In this document: positions 44,918 through 54,671 of the stretch, in pieces | How positions within the stretch are numbered: the stretch's first letter is position 1 | Layout of the letters: each line of letters begins with the position of its first letter | Origin: an uncultured Trueperaceae bacterium | Lineage (GTDB): Bacteria > Deinococcota > Deinococci > Deinococcales > Trueperaceae | Direction of reading: 5' to 3' | Length of the DNA: 64,000 bases | NCBI GenBank assembly: GCA_963727505.1 | Contig: CAVSGP010000004.1 | Coordinates: 32,001-96,000 of the forward strand | Position numbers and translations under genes: made by a program | The notes under the pieces: generated by a model | Seen by the model: the letters and a program-made list of their open reading frames with translations, nothing else | What the model was told of the DNA's origin: nothing | Database searches by the model: none

Positions 44918-45123
44918 GCCCCGGTATAGCGCGAACGAAGGGGCGAGTCTTCACGCTCCCGTCACGGCGCCGTCCAGAACCCCGGCCCCGCGGGCCCGGC
45001 GTGGCCGCCGAAGCATCGCGCGTTGGGGCGTGATGGGCGGCTCCACGACGGGCGCCTCCACGACGACTCGGCCGGGCGTGGAAGGCCGGCGGCCGATGGA
45101 CAAGGACGCAAGGGCCGGTCCGA

Positions 45124-46515
45124 TCATTCGCGACGCTCGTCGGGAGCCGTCTTCCCGTCCTGGACGCTCCCATCCTCCTGAGCATGATCTTCCCGGGCAT
45201 CGTCCTTCTGGGCACGGTCCTTCTGGGCACGGTCCGTCCCGCCCTCTGGAGCGTTGTCGGAAGCGTCCTTCGGCACCTCGCTCGGGGCGTCACGCCGCGC
45301 CGACATCGCCTCCTCGGTCGCGGCCACGTCGGAGCCCCCGACCGCAGCGTCACGCGCGAGGTCGCCCGAAGCGCTTGCCGGCGTCTCCTGCGAAGCGGCA
45401 CGCTGAGCACCGGCCGAACTGGTGGCCTCCGCCCCCGGGCCTTGCGCAGCCTCGTCGGCATGCACGACCGGCGCGTCGTCGGCACGGACGCTATCGGTAG
45501 AGGCTTCGGTAGCGGTCGCAGAGGTCGTCTCCGAGGCGTTCTCCATAGCAGTCTCGGTGGAGCCCGCCATGGCGCGGTCGACGCTCTCTTCGGCGTCGGG
45601 CCACAGCGCCGCCTCCTCCTCGTCGTCGAGGAAGCGCCCGTGAATCTCCTTCGGAACGCTTGCGTCCACGCCGCGGCTCGGATCGTCGGATCCGAGGGAC
45701 GGAGGGTCGAGCGCCGCGGCGTCGGCGTCCGTCGTGGCCGCACGGCCGGTACGCGGCCGTTCGGGGGCGCGTACCCGGCGCCGCAGGACCAGGCCCGCGG
45801 CCGCCGTGATCAGCCCGAGCACCATCAGCACGAGCCAACCGACGCCATACAACGGGGAGCGGTAGGGGGAGAGCACTCCGCTGTCGATCTCGCGAAGCTG
45901 CGCACGCTGGCTCGACGCGAGCAGATCGACGACCGGCACCTGTTGGGACGCACTGGAGAACGCCCACGGCGACACGCCGGAGGTGAGCGGCCGCCATCCA
46001 TCCTTCGTGAACGGATCGTAGACGCCTGTCAGGGCGTAGAGATCGGCTCTAGGCGGCCGCGGGATGCCGGTATGCAGGGTGACGGCGTTGCCCTGCACCT
46101 CGACGGTCACCGGGAGGCGCGGCCAGCTCGCAGGCGAGCCCTGGGATTGCGCCTCGACCGCGTAGGCCTCGTCCCCGGTGGCGCGAAGCGCGATCTCCCA
46201 ACCGTGCTTGGGAGGCATCGCCATGGACGACCCGGGAAGGAGCTCCTGCGCTCCGCCCGGCGCCGTGTCGAGGTAGACCTCGATGATGGGATTGGAGAAG
46301 CCGTTGGGGAGCATTCCGGCATTCGACAGGGAGCCGAGCTGCACCCGCACGGTCAGTTTCGGGTCGCTCGTCAACGTCACCGATTGCAGGTCGAAATCGG
46401 CCGTGTTGGCGTACACGGGTGCGGTGGGCGGCGCCAGCGTGCCGTCGCCGACCGCGTCACCGGCGGGGTCCTGCAGTTGCAGCGCTGCAACGGCGAGCAC
46501 GAGGAGGTGGATCAT
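45124..46515 (-). CDS. DOMON-like (glucodextranase-type) domain membrane protein with acidic disordered tail
   Basis: DPAGDAVGDG, NGFSNPIIEVYLD; one TM helix; low-complexity C-terminus. Confidence 0.65.
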   Translation of the reverse strand: MIHLLVLAVAALQLQDPAGDAVGDGTLAPPTAPVYANTADFDLQSVTLTSDPKLTVRVQLGSLSNAGMLPNGFSNPIIEVYLDTAPGGAQELLPGSSMAMPPKHGWEIALRATGDEAYAVEAQSQGSPASWPRLPVTVEVQGNAVTLHTGIPRPPRADLYALTGVYDPFTKDGWRPLTSGVSPWAFSSASQQVPVVDLLASSQRAQLREIDSGVLSPYRSPLYGVGWLVLMVLGLITAAAGLVLRRRVRAPERPRTGRAATTDADAAALDPPSLGSDDPSRGVDASVPKEIHGRFLDDEEEAALWPDAEESVDRAMAGSTETAMENASETTSATATEASTDSVRADDAPVVHADEAAQGPGAEATSSAGAQRAASQETPASASGDLARDAAVGGSDVAATEEAMSARRDAPSEVPKDASDNAPEGGTDRAQKDRAQKDDAREDHAQEDGSVQDGKTAPDERRE

Positions 46516-47852
46516 GGTCGCAGACCTGCCTTTCGTGTGGCCGCGCGGTCTCGGGCGAGTTCGACGAGCCAGGCCGCCAATCGCTCACTGTCGTGCTGCG
46601 CGACCGGACCGATGCCCAGCAGCGGTAGGTGGCTCACCTCCACGCCGATCTCGCCGAACCGCCCCAGCGAGGCGCCGACAACGGCAGCCCCTTCGGCGCG
46701 ATAGGCCTCGACGCGCGCCTCGTCGACGGGCGTGCTGTTGAGGACCACGAGGTCGGGCAGGCGACCGAGGTGACGCGCCAGCGCGTCGACGTGGGCGTAG
46801 GCGTCGAAGCCGTCGGTCTCCCCGGCCTCGGTCATGATGTTGCAGACGTAGACGATCGCCGTGGCGCTGCTCTGCAACGCCTCGCGAACGGCAGGCACGA
46901 GGATGGGGGGGAGCGTGCTGGTGAAGAGGCTTCCGGGGCCGAGCACCACGAGATCGGCCCGTTGCAGAGCGGCCACCACCTCCGGAACGGCCTCGGCCGC
47001 GTCCGGCTCGAGCGCGACCGACCGCGCCGGGCCCGCGCACTCCCGCACGCGGCTCTCGCCTCGGATGACCTGCCCGTCGGCCTTCGTCACCAGCAGCGTC
47101 ACCGGTCGGCCGGTGACGGGGTAGACCGCGCCGGAGAGGTTGAGCAGCCGGTTGAGCACACGGATGGCCTGCCCGAAATCCCCTTGCACCTCCGTCAGCG
47201 TCGCGATGAAGAGATTCCCGAAGGTGTGGCCCATGAGTTCCTCACCCCGCGTGAAGCGGTACTGGAGGAGCTGGCTCACCTCCAACTCGTTGTCGCTCAG
47301 GGCGGCCAGGCAGTCGGTGAGGTCGCCCGGCGGGGGCATGTCGAACGCCGCCCGCAACCGTCCGGAGGAGCCGCCGTCGTCGCTCACGGTCACCACCGCG
47401 GTGAGGTTGGAGGTGTAGTCGCGCAGGCCACGCAGCAGGTTGCTGAGCCCGCTGCCGCCGCCGAGTGCGACGATGCGCGGCCCTCGTGCCAGCGACAGGC
47501 GGCGGTGGAGCAGCACGGCGGCCTGGTTCGGGCTGGGCATCCAGTTCGACAGCAGCGAGCGGTTGAGCCGGCCCACGGCGATCACGGCGACGAGTACGCC
47601 GAGCACGACCAGTGCCACCGACAAGTATCCCCCGCTGGCGCGCCAGGTGCCGCTGACGAGCACGTGTTCGATCGGGCTCGATAGCTCGCGTCTGCGTCCG
47701 TTCAGTGTCCACAACACCGCGCCGATCACGCCGAGCACCAACAGCAACGCCCCCAGCACCGCCAGCACCACATGTCGCTTGACCCCCATGCCCGGGGTGA
47801 GCCAGAAGCGCCACGTCAACACGGTGGCGAGGCGGTCGCGCAGACGCCTCAC
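46512..47852 (-). CDS. yvcK: YvcK/GlmR family protein with N-terminal TM segments
   Basis: GGGSGL, VTVSDDGGSSG, PPGD, GHTFGNL, GPGSLFTS, NIMTEAGET. Confidence 0.92.
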   Translation of the reverse strand: MRRLRDRLATVLTWRFWLTPGMGVKRHVVLAVLGALLLVLGVIGAVLWTLNGRRRELSSPIEHVLVSGTWRASGGYLSVALVVLGVLVAVIAVGRLNRSLLSNWMPSPNQAAVLLHRRLSLARGPRIVALGGGSGLSNLLRGLRDYTSNLTAVVTVSDDGGSSGRLRAAFDMPPPGDLTDCLAALSDNELEVSQLLQYRFTRGEELMGHTFGNLFIATLTEVQGDFGQAIRVLNRLLNLSGAVYPVTGRPVTLLVTKADGQVIRGESRVRECAGPARSVALEPDAAEAVPEVVAALQRADLVVLGPGSLFTSTLPPILVPAVREALQSSATAIVYVCNIMTEAGETDGFDAYAHVDALARHLGRLPDLVVLNSTPVDEARVEAYRAEGAAVVGASLGRFGEIGVEVSHLPLLGIGPVAQHDSERLAAWLVELARDRAATRKAGLRP

Positions 47853-48700
47853 ACGTGCTCCCGAAGGGCTTCCTCGAGGTCACGGTGCTGGGCTCGGGTG
47901 CGGAACGTGTCGGCGAGGTCGTGGGTGAGCCGTTCGGCCACGGCCACGGAGCGGTGTTGCCCGCCGGTGCAACCGATGGCGACGCTGTAGCTCGATCGCC
48001 CCTCGGCGCGGGCGCCGACGGCCAACGCGCGGATCAGCTCCCTGAGGCGGGTGTAGAGCTCGAGCGAGGTCGGCGTGAACACGAACGACTGGACCTCCGG
48101 CGCCGTGCCGGGCAGGGGCTTGAGCGCGGGGTCGTAGTACGGGTTGGGGAGCGCGCGGACATCGAGGACGGAGTCGACATCGGTGGGAACGCCGCGCTTG
48201 TAGCCGAAGGAGAGAACACGGAGCAGGAAGTCGCCTTCGGCGCCGAAGCGGTCCCACAGATCCTGCGTAAGGTCCCGCGCGGACGTGGCGGTGGTGTCGA
48301 TGACCACGTCGGCCAACGACCGCATCCCCTCCAGGGCGCGTCGCTCCTGCGCCAGATCGGCCGTGAGCGTGCCCTCGGCGAGAGGGTGCGTGCGGCGGGT
48401 GAAGTTGTAGCGCCGAACCAACGACGGATCGCTGGCGTCGAGGAACACCACCGTCACCGACAGCCCGTGGCCACGCAGCGCCGCAAGGGCGGCGGGAGCC
48501 GCCGCCAGGAAGGCGCGTGTGCGGATGTCGACCCCGATCGCGATGGCACTCTCGTTGCCGCTCGCGGCCCGCACCAGCCCCTCCCACAGGGCGGGGGGGA
48601 GGTTGTCCACGGTGTAGAAGCCGATGTCCTCCAGCGCGTGCAGCGCCGTCGTCTTGCCCGACCCGCTGAGACCGGTGAGGACGACGAGTCGTCCGCTCAC
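47849..48700 (-). CDS. rapZ: RapZ/YvcJ P-loop protein
   Basis: GLSGSGKT, DNLP, SFGYKRG, DVRALPNP, IGCTGGQHRSV; start GTG 48700. Confidence 0.93.
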   Translation of the reverse strand: MSGRLVVLTGLSGSGKTTALHALEDIGFYTVDNLPPALWEGLVRAASGNESAIAIGVDIRTRAFLAAAPAALAALRGHGLSVTVVFLDASDPSLVRRYNFTRRTHPLAEGTLTADLAQERRALEGMRSLADVVIDTTATSARDLTQDLWDRFGAEGDFLLRVLSFGYKRGVPTDVDSVLDVRALPNPYYDPALKPLPGTAPEVQSFVFTPTSLELYTRLRELIRALAVGARAEGRSSYSVAIGCTGGQHRSVAVAERLTHDLADTFRTRAQHRDLEEALREHV

Positions 48701-49416
48701 GGGCTCCCGCCGTCGGCGAGGCGCAACGAACGGGGCGTGAAGCTGCACGCCACCACTTCGCCCGCGCGCTCGACGATGGCTGCCTTGCCGGCGTGCCCGA
48801 TGAGCGTGCCGGGGCACAGCAAACGGGTACCGCCCGGCAACTCCTCGGCGGCCCACGTCACGTCCCCGGGATGCGCCGACACGAACACCGCGCTGCTGGC
48901 GACCGCCGTGATGGGGCGAGCGCTGCCGTCCTGCACGACGACCCAGCGTGAGCCATCGAACACCAGGTCGGCGCTGCGCCCCGCGACCCGGACATGGAAC
49001 GTCGGCAGCCCGTCGCCGGCATCGACCCTGTTCCAGGTTGCCGGCTTCAGGAAGCCGACCTCCTCACGGACGCAACGATCCACTCTGGCCCCAGGCGAGA
49101 TCGGCGCCGGAACGGCCTGCTCGGTGACATGCGTGGTCAACGCCGTCGCGGCGGCCTGAGCCGCCGCGCGGTCGCTGTAGCAGCCGACCCGAACGCGTAC
49201 GAACTGCTTGCCGTCGTTCATGGCGAACTCGTCGTAGGCGTCGAAGCCGAGGTTCTTCAGCTGAGCGACGACGGTATCGGCCTGGCGCAGATCGCGCAGC
49301 GCCACGGTCTGCACCGTCCAGGAGCCCCCCTGCGCGAAGGCCGCGCTCGCCAGCCATGCGGTCAGCGCGGTAGCGATGGCCAACACGACCGTACGGCGTC
49401 CAGGTACAGGTCGCAC
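48697..49416 (-). CDS. Exported SPOR-domain protein
   Basis: Signal peptide; WTVQTVA...RVRVG...AAA SPOR-like pattern. Confidence 0.65.
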   Translation of the reverse strand: MRPVPGRRTVVLAIATALTAWLASAAFAQGGSWTVQTVALRDLRQADTVVAQLKNLGFDAYDEFAMNDGKQFVRVRVGCYSDRAAAQAAATALTTHVTEQAVPAPISPGARVDRCVREEVGFLKPATWNRVDAGDGLPTFHVRVAGRSADLVFDGSRWVVVQDGSARPITAVASSAVFVSAHPGDVTWAAEELPGGTRLLCPGTLIGHAGKAAIVERAGEVVACSFTPRSLRLADGGSP

Positions 49417-49417
49417 G

Positions 49418-50047
49418 CTAGGCCTCCACCGCGCCCGCGGCCAGGCGGGCGAAATTGGCCAGCACCGTCAGCCCCACGTCCTGGCTCTTCTCGGGATGGA
49501 ACTGCGTGGCGTGCAGGGCGCCGCGGGAGATGGCGCTCTTGAAGCGGACGGGGCCGTAGCGGGTGAGCGCGCCCGGCACCTCGAGATGCTCGAAGTCCAC
49601 GTAGTAGGAGTGCGCGAAGTAGACGAAGGCGTCGTCGGGGATGCCTCGCAGCAGAGCCGGCTCGCGGTGCCGCCGGATCTGGTTCCAACCCATGTGCGGA
49701 ACGCTCACGCCCTCGGCAGGGAAGCGCCGGGCAGTGCCGGGGAGCAGCCCCAGGCCCGGCACGCCGGGCGCCTCCTCCGACGCCTCGAGCAGCAGTTGCA
49801 GCCCCACGCAGATCCCGAGGAACGGGCGCCCTGCGTGCACGTGCTCGCGCACGAGCGGTTCGAACCCCGACGCCCGGAACGCGGTCATCACCTGTCCGAA
49901 ATGCCCCTGGCCGGGGAGGACCAGCACATCCGCGCCGGCGGCGAGGCGGGGATCGTCGTGGCGCTCCACAGCCAGGCCCGTCCACTGCAACGCGCGCTCG
50001 ACGCTGTGGAGGTTACCGGCGCCATAGTCGATCAGAACGGTTCGCAT
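49418..50047 (-). CDS. hisH: Imidazole glycerol phosphate synthase glutaminase subunit
   Basis: DYGAGNL, GICVG, PHMGWN, QFHPEKS. Confidence 0.96.
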   Translation of the reverse strand: MRTVLIDYGAGNLHSVERALQWTGLAVERHDDPRLAAGADVLVLPGQGHFGQVMTAFRASGFEPLVREHVHAGRPFLGICVGLQLLLEASEEAPGVPGLGLLPGTARRFPAEGVSVPHMGWNQIRRHREPALLRGIPDDAFVYFAHSYYVDFEHLEVPGALTRYGPVRFKSAISRGALHATQFHPEKSQDVGLTVLANFARLAAGAVEA

Positions 50048-50049
50048 GC

Positions 50050-50631
50050 TCAGAGGCTTCCCTTCGTCGATGGGACGCCGTCGCGCGTCACGCGGGTGGC
50101 CGCGTGGAGCGCGCGGGCGAAGGCCTTCATGATGGCTTCCACCACGTGGTGGGTCTCCTCACCGGCGAGCACACGCACGTGCATCGTGGCGCCGGCGTGG
50201 TTGACGAAACCCCGCAAGAACTCCCGCAGGTGGTAGGCGTTGAAGCCTGCGGCATCGCCGACGAAGCCGGCCGGCTCGAAGACCAGGGTCGGCCGGCCGG
50301 ACAGATCGAGCACCACGTGCGCGAGGGTTTCGTCCATGGGGACGAAGGCATCGGCGTAGCGTTCGATGCCGGCGCGGTCGCCCAGCGCCTGTGCCACCGC
50401 CTGGCCCAGCGTGATGCCGCAGTCCTCCACCAGGTGGTGCACGTCGACGTGAAGGTCCCCTTGCGCGGCGATCTCGAGGTTCAGCCGGCCGTGACGGAGG
50501 AGCTGGTCGAGCATGTGATCGAAGAAGCCGTGCCCGGTGTCGGCGCGGCCGCCGGAGTTGCCATCGAGATCGAGGGCCACGCGCACCGTCGTCTCGCCGG
50601 TGATCCGCTCGATGTCGCCCTTCCTAGCCAC
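50050..50631 (-). CDS. hisB: Imidazoleglycerol-phosphate dehydratase
   Basis: DHML, HHLVED, PMDE, HHVVEA, PSTKG. Confidence 0.96.
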   Translation of the reverse strand: MARKGDIERITGETTVRVALDLDGNSGGRADTGHGFFDHMLDQLLRHGRLNLEIAAQGDLHVDVHHLVEDCGITLGQAVAQALGDRAGIERYADAFVPMDETLAHVVLDLSGRPTLVFEPAGFVGDAAGFNAYHLREFLRGFVNHAGATMHVRVLAGEETHHVVEAIMKAFARALHAATRVTRDGVPSTKGSL

Positions 50632-51694
50632 CGACGACCTCCGCCCGCAGCACGGTCTGCAGTGTCTCGAGGAAGGCGTCGGTCTCGGCAGGCGCGCCGG
50701 CGGTCACCCGCAGGCAACCCTCGAGCCCCGCCAGATGGTCCTGGCGCCGGACCGCGATGTCACGCTCCAGGAGCCCCCGGTACACGGCATCCGCGTCGGG
50801 TACGCGGAACAGCACGAAGTTCGTTCTCGACGGCATCGGTTCCACCTCCGGCAGCAACGCCAGCCCGGCGAGCAGCCGCTCACGCTCGCTTCTAGCCTGG
50901 ATGACGCGTTCCTCGACGTACTCCGGGTGCTGCAGCGCCGCCATGGCCACCGCGGCCTGGAGCGAGGAGAGCGAGAACGGCAGCAGGCCCTTGCGCACGT
51001 CCGCCGCCAGATCCGGGCTCATGAGGGCGTATCCGATCCTCGCGCCCGCCAGGCCGAAAGCCTTGCTGAAGGTGCGGAGTGAGATCGCTTGCGGGTGAGC
51101 GGCGACCAGGTCGCGATGGTCGGTGCCAGCGAACTCACCGTAAGCCTCGTCGAGCACGACCAGCCAGTCCTCGCCTCCGGCCTCGAGCACGGCCGTCAGC
51201 TCCTGGAGAGGGTGCACGTTGCCGGTCGGCGCCGCCGGATTCGGAAGGAAGGCGATCCCGCGGCGCCCGGCCATGGCACCCCGCAGGCCGTCGACGGGAA
51301 GGGCGAAGCCAGCGCCCTCGAGCGGCACCTCGATCAGCTCCGCCGCCAGCAGGCGGGCCTGCATACCGTAGACCGCGAACGTCGGCGTCACCGTGAGCAC
51401 GCTCTGCCCGATGCCGGCAACGATGACCAGCGCCTGGAGGAGCACGTTGGAGCCGTTGCTGACGACCACGCCGTCGGGATCCCAGTCGTGGCGGGCGGCG
51501 ATGGCTTCCTCGAGCGTCCGCGGATGCAGTTCCGGGTAGCGGTGCCAGGCCGCGCTCCGCAGCCGCTCGAGCGCCGCCTCGCGCACCACCTCCGGAAGAT
51601 CGGAGGGACCCTCGTTCTGGTCCAGCTTGACCGATGAGGTCCTCGGCGTGTAGTGGTAGCGCGCCAGGGCGCGCACGCTGGCCCGGATGCTCAT
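50624..51694 (-). CDS. hisC: Histidinol-phosphate aminotransferase
   Basis: DEAY, RTFSKAFGLAGARIGY; leaderless TAGCAT -10. Confidence 0.93.
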   Translation of the reverse strand: MSIRASVRALARYHYTPRTSSVKLDQNEGPSDLPEVVREAALERLRSAAWHRYPELHPRTLEEAIAARHDWDPDGVVVSNGSNVLLQALVIVAGIGQSVLTVTPTFAVYGMQARLLAAELIEVPLEGAGFALPVDGLRGAMAGRRGIAFLPNPAAPTGNVHPLQELTAVLEAGGEDWLVVLDEAYGEFAGTDHRDLVAAHPQAISLRTFSKAFGLAGARIGYALMSPDLAADVRKGLLPFSLSSLQAAVAMAALQHPEYVEERVIQARSERERLLAGLALLPEVEPMPSRTNFVLFRVPDADAVYRGLLERDIAVRRQDHLAGLEGCLRVTAGAPAETDAFLETLQTVLRAEVVGG

Positions 51695-51722
51695 GGCGTC
51701 ATGCTAGCGCAAGAGGGCGAGG

Positions 51723-53858
51723 TTACTGCGCCCCGGCCTTCTGTTGCGCCTGCTGACGCACCTGGGCCACGGTCGACTTGAGGTTGGGATCGAGCTTGAC
51801 CGCCTGGTCGAACTCGCCGATGGCGTCCTTGTAGCGGCCCAGCCCGTAGTACGTGAGTCCCATGTTCAGGTGCGCCTGGGCGTTGTCGGGATTGGCCTTC
51901 AGCGCCTTGTCGAGCTGCTCCAGTGCGAGGTCGAAGCGGCCCAGCTGGAGGTGAGCGTACCCGAGGTCGTTGAGCACGATGTCGCTCTCCGGGAAGGCCT
52001 TCAGCGCTGCCTGGTAGTTGTCGACCGCGGAGCGCGGATCGCCGGTGAGCTGCTGCGCATAGCCCTCGAAGAAGGCGGTCAGCCCGTTATCGTCGAGCTT
52101 GCGCGAGCGTTGGAAGGCCTGGACGGCCGTCGCGTAGTCCTGCACCTCGAGGGCGTAGAGTCCCTGCTGGAAGGCGGCGCCCGCGTCCGCGCTGAAGGTG
52201 ATCTGTTGACCGCCGGTGAGCTGGCGCTGTTGCTTCAGGAAGCTGAGCCCACGCTCGGCGATCGCCAGGTTCGGCTGCGCCTGCAGGGCCTTCTGGAGCT
52301 CGGCCTGCGCCTGGTCGAACTTGCCGACGCGCCCGAGCGCGAGGCCGTAGTAGGCCAGAGTCTGGGCGCTCGGCTTGGCGCCGCTGGCGTTGACGAGGGG
52401 TTCGAGAAGGCCGAGCGCTGCTTCGGCCCGACCGGCGGCCAGATAGATCCCGGCCAGATCGCTCTCGGCGCTCGCCCCGGTGCCGTTCACGCTCTCGAAA
52501 GTCTGACGCGCCGTATCCAGCTTGCCTTGCCGCGCCTGCGCCACCGTCAACAGGTTGGCGATCCCCCCATCCTTGGGGTTAGCGGTATGGAGCGGCGCCA
52601 GCACGCCTTCGGCGCCGCTGTAGTCGCCCTGTCGCACGAGCAGCTCCCCTTCGGCCGCCTTGAGCAGGGTGGAGTCGGGGTAGGCCTTCTCGCCCTGGCG
52701 AACCAGCGCCAGCGCGCCGTCGGTGACGTCGGCGGGAAGGAGCCTCGCCAGCGCGTACAGCCCGGCAGACGCAGCCATCGGGTCCTGAACGGTCTGCTGC
52801 AGGTAGGCCAGCGCCCCCTTGTCGTCGCCCACCTTGAGCACCTGCTGCACGACCGCGCGCTGGAGCGCAAGGGACTCCGGTAGCGAGCTCCCGGCGTTGC
52901 GCAACGTCTGCAGGGCACGCTGGTCGCTGCTCTGTAGGCTGGCGAGCTGTAGGTAGGCGTCGACCATGCGCGGGTAGGCGCGGATGGCGGCCTGAAGGTT
53001 CTGCGTCGCCTTGGTCGTGTCGCTCTCGGTCCGCGCCAGGCCGGTCAGGGCGACCGCGTTGGCGGGGTTGAGGTCGAGCGCCTTCTGGAACGCGGCCATC
53101 GCCTGCTGGTTCTGGTTGTCTGCCTGCAGAACGACGCCCAGCACCACCTGCGCCTCGACGTCGTCCGGCTGCGCCTTCACAGCCTGCTGAGCGATCGTCA
53201 CGCCGGTCTTGGCGTCGCCGGCGAGCGCCAGCAGGCGCGCGTACTCCGCCTTGACCCAGGCCGAATCGGGATCGAGCTGCATGGCCGTCTTGAGATCGTC
53301 GGGCTTGGTACCGGGGAGACGGGAGGCCGCCAGCGCCACGGGTGCCAGGCTGGGAAGCGACGGAGTCTGCGCTGCGGCCGCGTCGATCCGGTTGAGCACG
53401 GTCGCGCCGAGATCCGGGCGCAGTGCCTGCGCGACGGTCTTGGCCGCGGCGCGGGCCAGCGTGGCCGGGTGTCCGTCGGTGGTCTGGGCGCTCAGCGTCT
53501 GCTGCTGCCCACCCTGGTCGAGCGTCATGGTGACGCTCACGGTAGCCCCGCTACCGTTCACCTTGCCCTGAACGACGGCGTCGGCACCGAACAGCGAACG
53601 CACCGTCGTCAGCGGGTCCTTGCCCGCCTGCCGCGCCTTCTGCATGACCAACGCCACGTCGCCGACGGCGGGAACGTAGACGTTCGGGATCTCGTTGATC
53701 GAACGCTGGAGTGCGGTCGGCAGCCCCAGCTGGTACGTGGATGCGGCGGTGCTGGCGTCGAAGGGCATCACCACCACGCGGGTGGGCGTGGACTGCGCGA
53801 AAGCAGCAGCCGAAACCGCCACGACGAGCGGCAGGAGAAAGCGTAGGGACCTGATCAT
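51723..53858 (-). CDS. Exported tetratricopeptide repeat protein
   Basis: Signal peptide, N-terminal VVVMPFD domain, many TPR repeats. Confidence 0.85.
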   Translation of the reverse strand: MIRSLRFLLPLVVAVSAAAFAQSTPTRVVVMPFDASTAASTYQLGLPTALQRSINEIPNVYVPAVGDVALVMQKARQAGKDPLTTVRSLFGADAVVQGKVNGSGATVSVTMTLDQGGQQQTLSAQTTDGHPATLARAAAKTVAQALRPDLGATVLNRIDAAAAQTPSLPSLAPVALAASRLPGTKPDDLKTAMQLDPDSAWVKAEYARLLALAGDAKTGVTIAQQAVKAQPDDVEAQVVLGVVLQADNQNQQAMAAFQKALDLNPANAVALTGLARTESDTTKATQNLQAAIRAYPRMVDAYLQLASLQSSDQRALQTLRNAGSSLPESLALQRAVVQQVLKVGDDKGALAYLQQTVQDPMAASAGLYALARLLPADVTDGALALVRQGEKAYPDSTLLKAAEGELLVRQGDYSGAEGVLAPLHTANPKDGGIANLLTVAQARQGKLDTARQTFESVNGTGASAESDLAGIYLAAGRAEAALGLLEPLVNASGAKPSAQTLAYYGLALGRVGKFDQAQAELQKALQAQPNLAIAERGLSFLKQQRQLTGGQQITFSADAGAAFQQGLYALEVQDYATAVQAFQRSRKLDDNGLTAFFEGYAQQLTGDPRSAVDNYQAALKAFPESDIVLNDLGYAHLQLGRFDLALEQLDKALKANPDNAQAHLNMGLTYYGLGRYKDAIGEFDQAVKLDPNLKSTVAQVRQQAQQKAGAQ

Positions 53859-53892
53859 CAGGGGGGAGGATACCACCAGGGGGGTGAGAAGC

Positions 53893-54303
53893 CTAAGGCC
53901 CGCCGTCACCGGCCTTCAGACGGAAACCGAGAGGCAGGAGGTCCGCCACCGAGAGCACCTCGCAGCGGCCGGCGTCGTTCACCAGATAGACGGTGGCATC
54001 AGGCGCGAACTCGAACAGCACCTGGCGGCAGGCCCCGCACGGGCTGGCCGGCGGATCGGCCTCCGTGTACACCACCAGCTCCCCGAAGTGGCGGCCGCCA
54101 CGGGTCACCAGCGCCTGCACCGCAGACTGCTCGGCGCAGCGTGACAGCCCGAAGCTGGCGTTCTCCACGTTGCTCCCCGCGATGACGTCGCCGTCGTCGG
54201 CGCGCAAGGCGGCGCCGACCCGGAAGCCCGAGTAGGGGGCGTAGGCGTTGGTGTGCGCCCGGCGCGCCGCGGCGAGCAGGTCCTCCGGCGGTGTGCGTGT
54301 CAA
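53893..54303 (-). CDS. cdd: Cytidine deaminase
   Basis: APYS, NVENAS, CAE, PCGACRQ; TTG start 54303. Confidence 0.94.
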   Translation of the reverse strand: MTRTPPEDLLAAARRAHTNAYAPYSGFRVGAALRADDGDVIAGSNVENASFGLSRCAEQSAVQALVTRGGRHFGELVVYTEADPPASPCGACRQVLFEFAPDATVYLVNDAGRCEVLSVADLLPLGFRLKAGDGGP

Positions 54304-54671
54304 TGGAACACCCCCAGTCGTACCAGCAGCGGCGGCCCCAGAACGGCCAGTCCCACCAGCAGAGCACAGACCGATGCGATCAGCACCGCGCCGGCGGCCA
54401 TGTCCTTGGACGCCTTCGCCAGCTCGGCGTGACCGGGGGAGGCGAGATCGACCACGCTCTCCAGGGCGCTGTTGAAGAGCTCGGCCGTGAGGACCAGCCC
54501 TGCCGCCAACAAGACGGGCACCAGCGGTGCCCCCAGCCACCACGCCAGCGCCAGGGCGACCACCCCGACGCTCAGCTCGATGCGGAGGTTGGCTTCACGC
54601 CGTAGCGCACGCCACACTCCGCGCCCGGCGTGCCCGAAGGCCGCGGGCAAGCTCGAGCTCGAACGCCTCAC
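54300..54671 (-). CDS. dgkA: Diacylglycerol/undecaprenol kinase family protein
   Basis: ELFNSALESVVD, AKASKDMAAGAV; start GTG 54671. Confidence 0.9.
   Translation of the reverse strand: MRRSSSSLPAAFGHAGRGVWRALRREANLRIELSVGVVALALAWWLGAPLVPVLLAAGLVLTAELFNSALESVVDLASPGHAELAKASKDMAAGAVLIASVCALLVGLAVLGPPLLVRLGVFH

Noticed and set aside
45041..45065. CTCCACGACG direct repeat
   Set aside because: Two short copies in GC-rich intergenic DNA; not CRISPR-like and no supporting context
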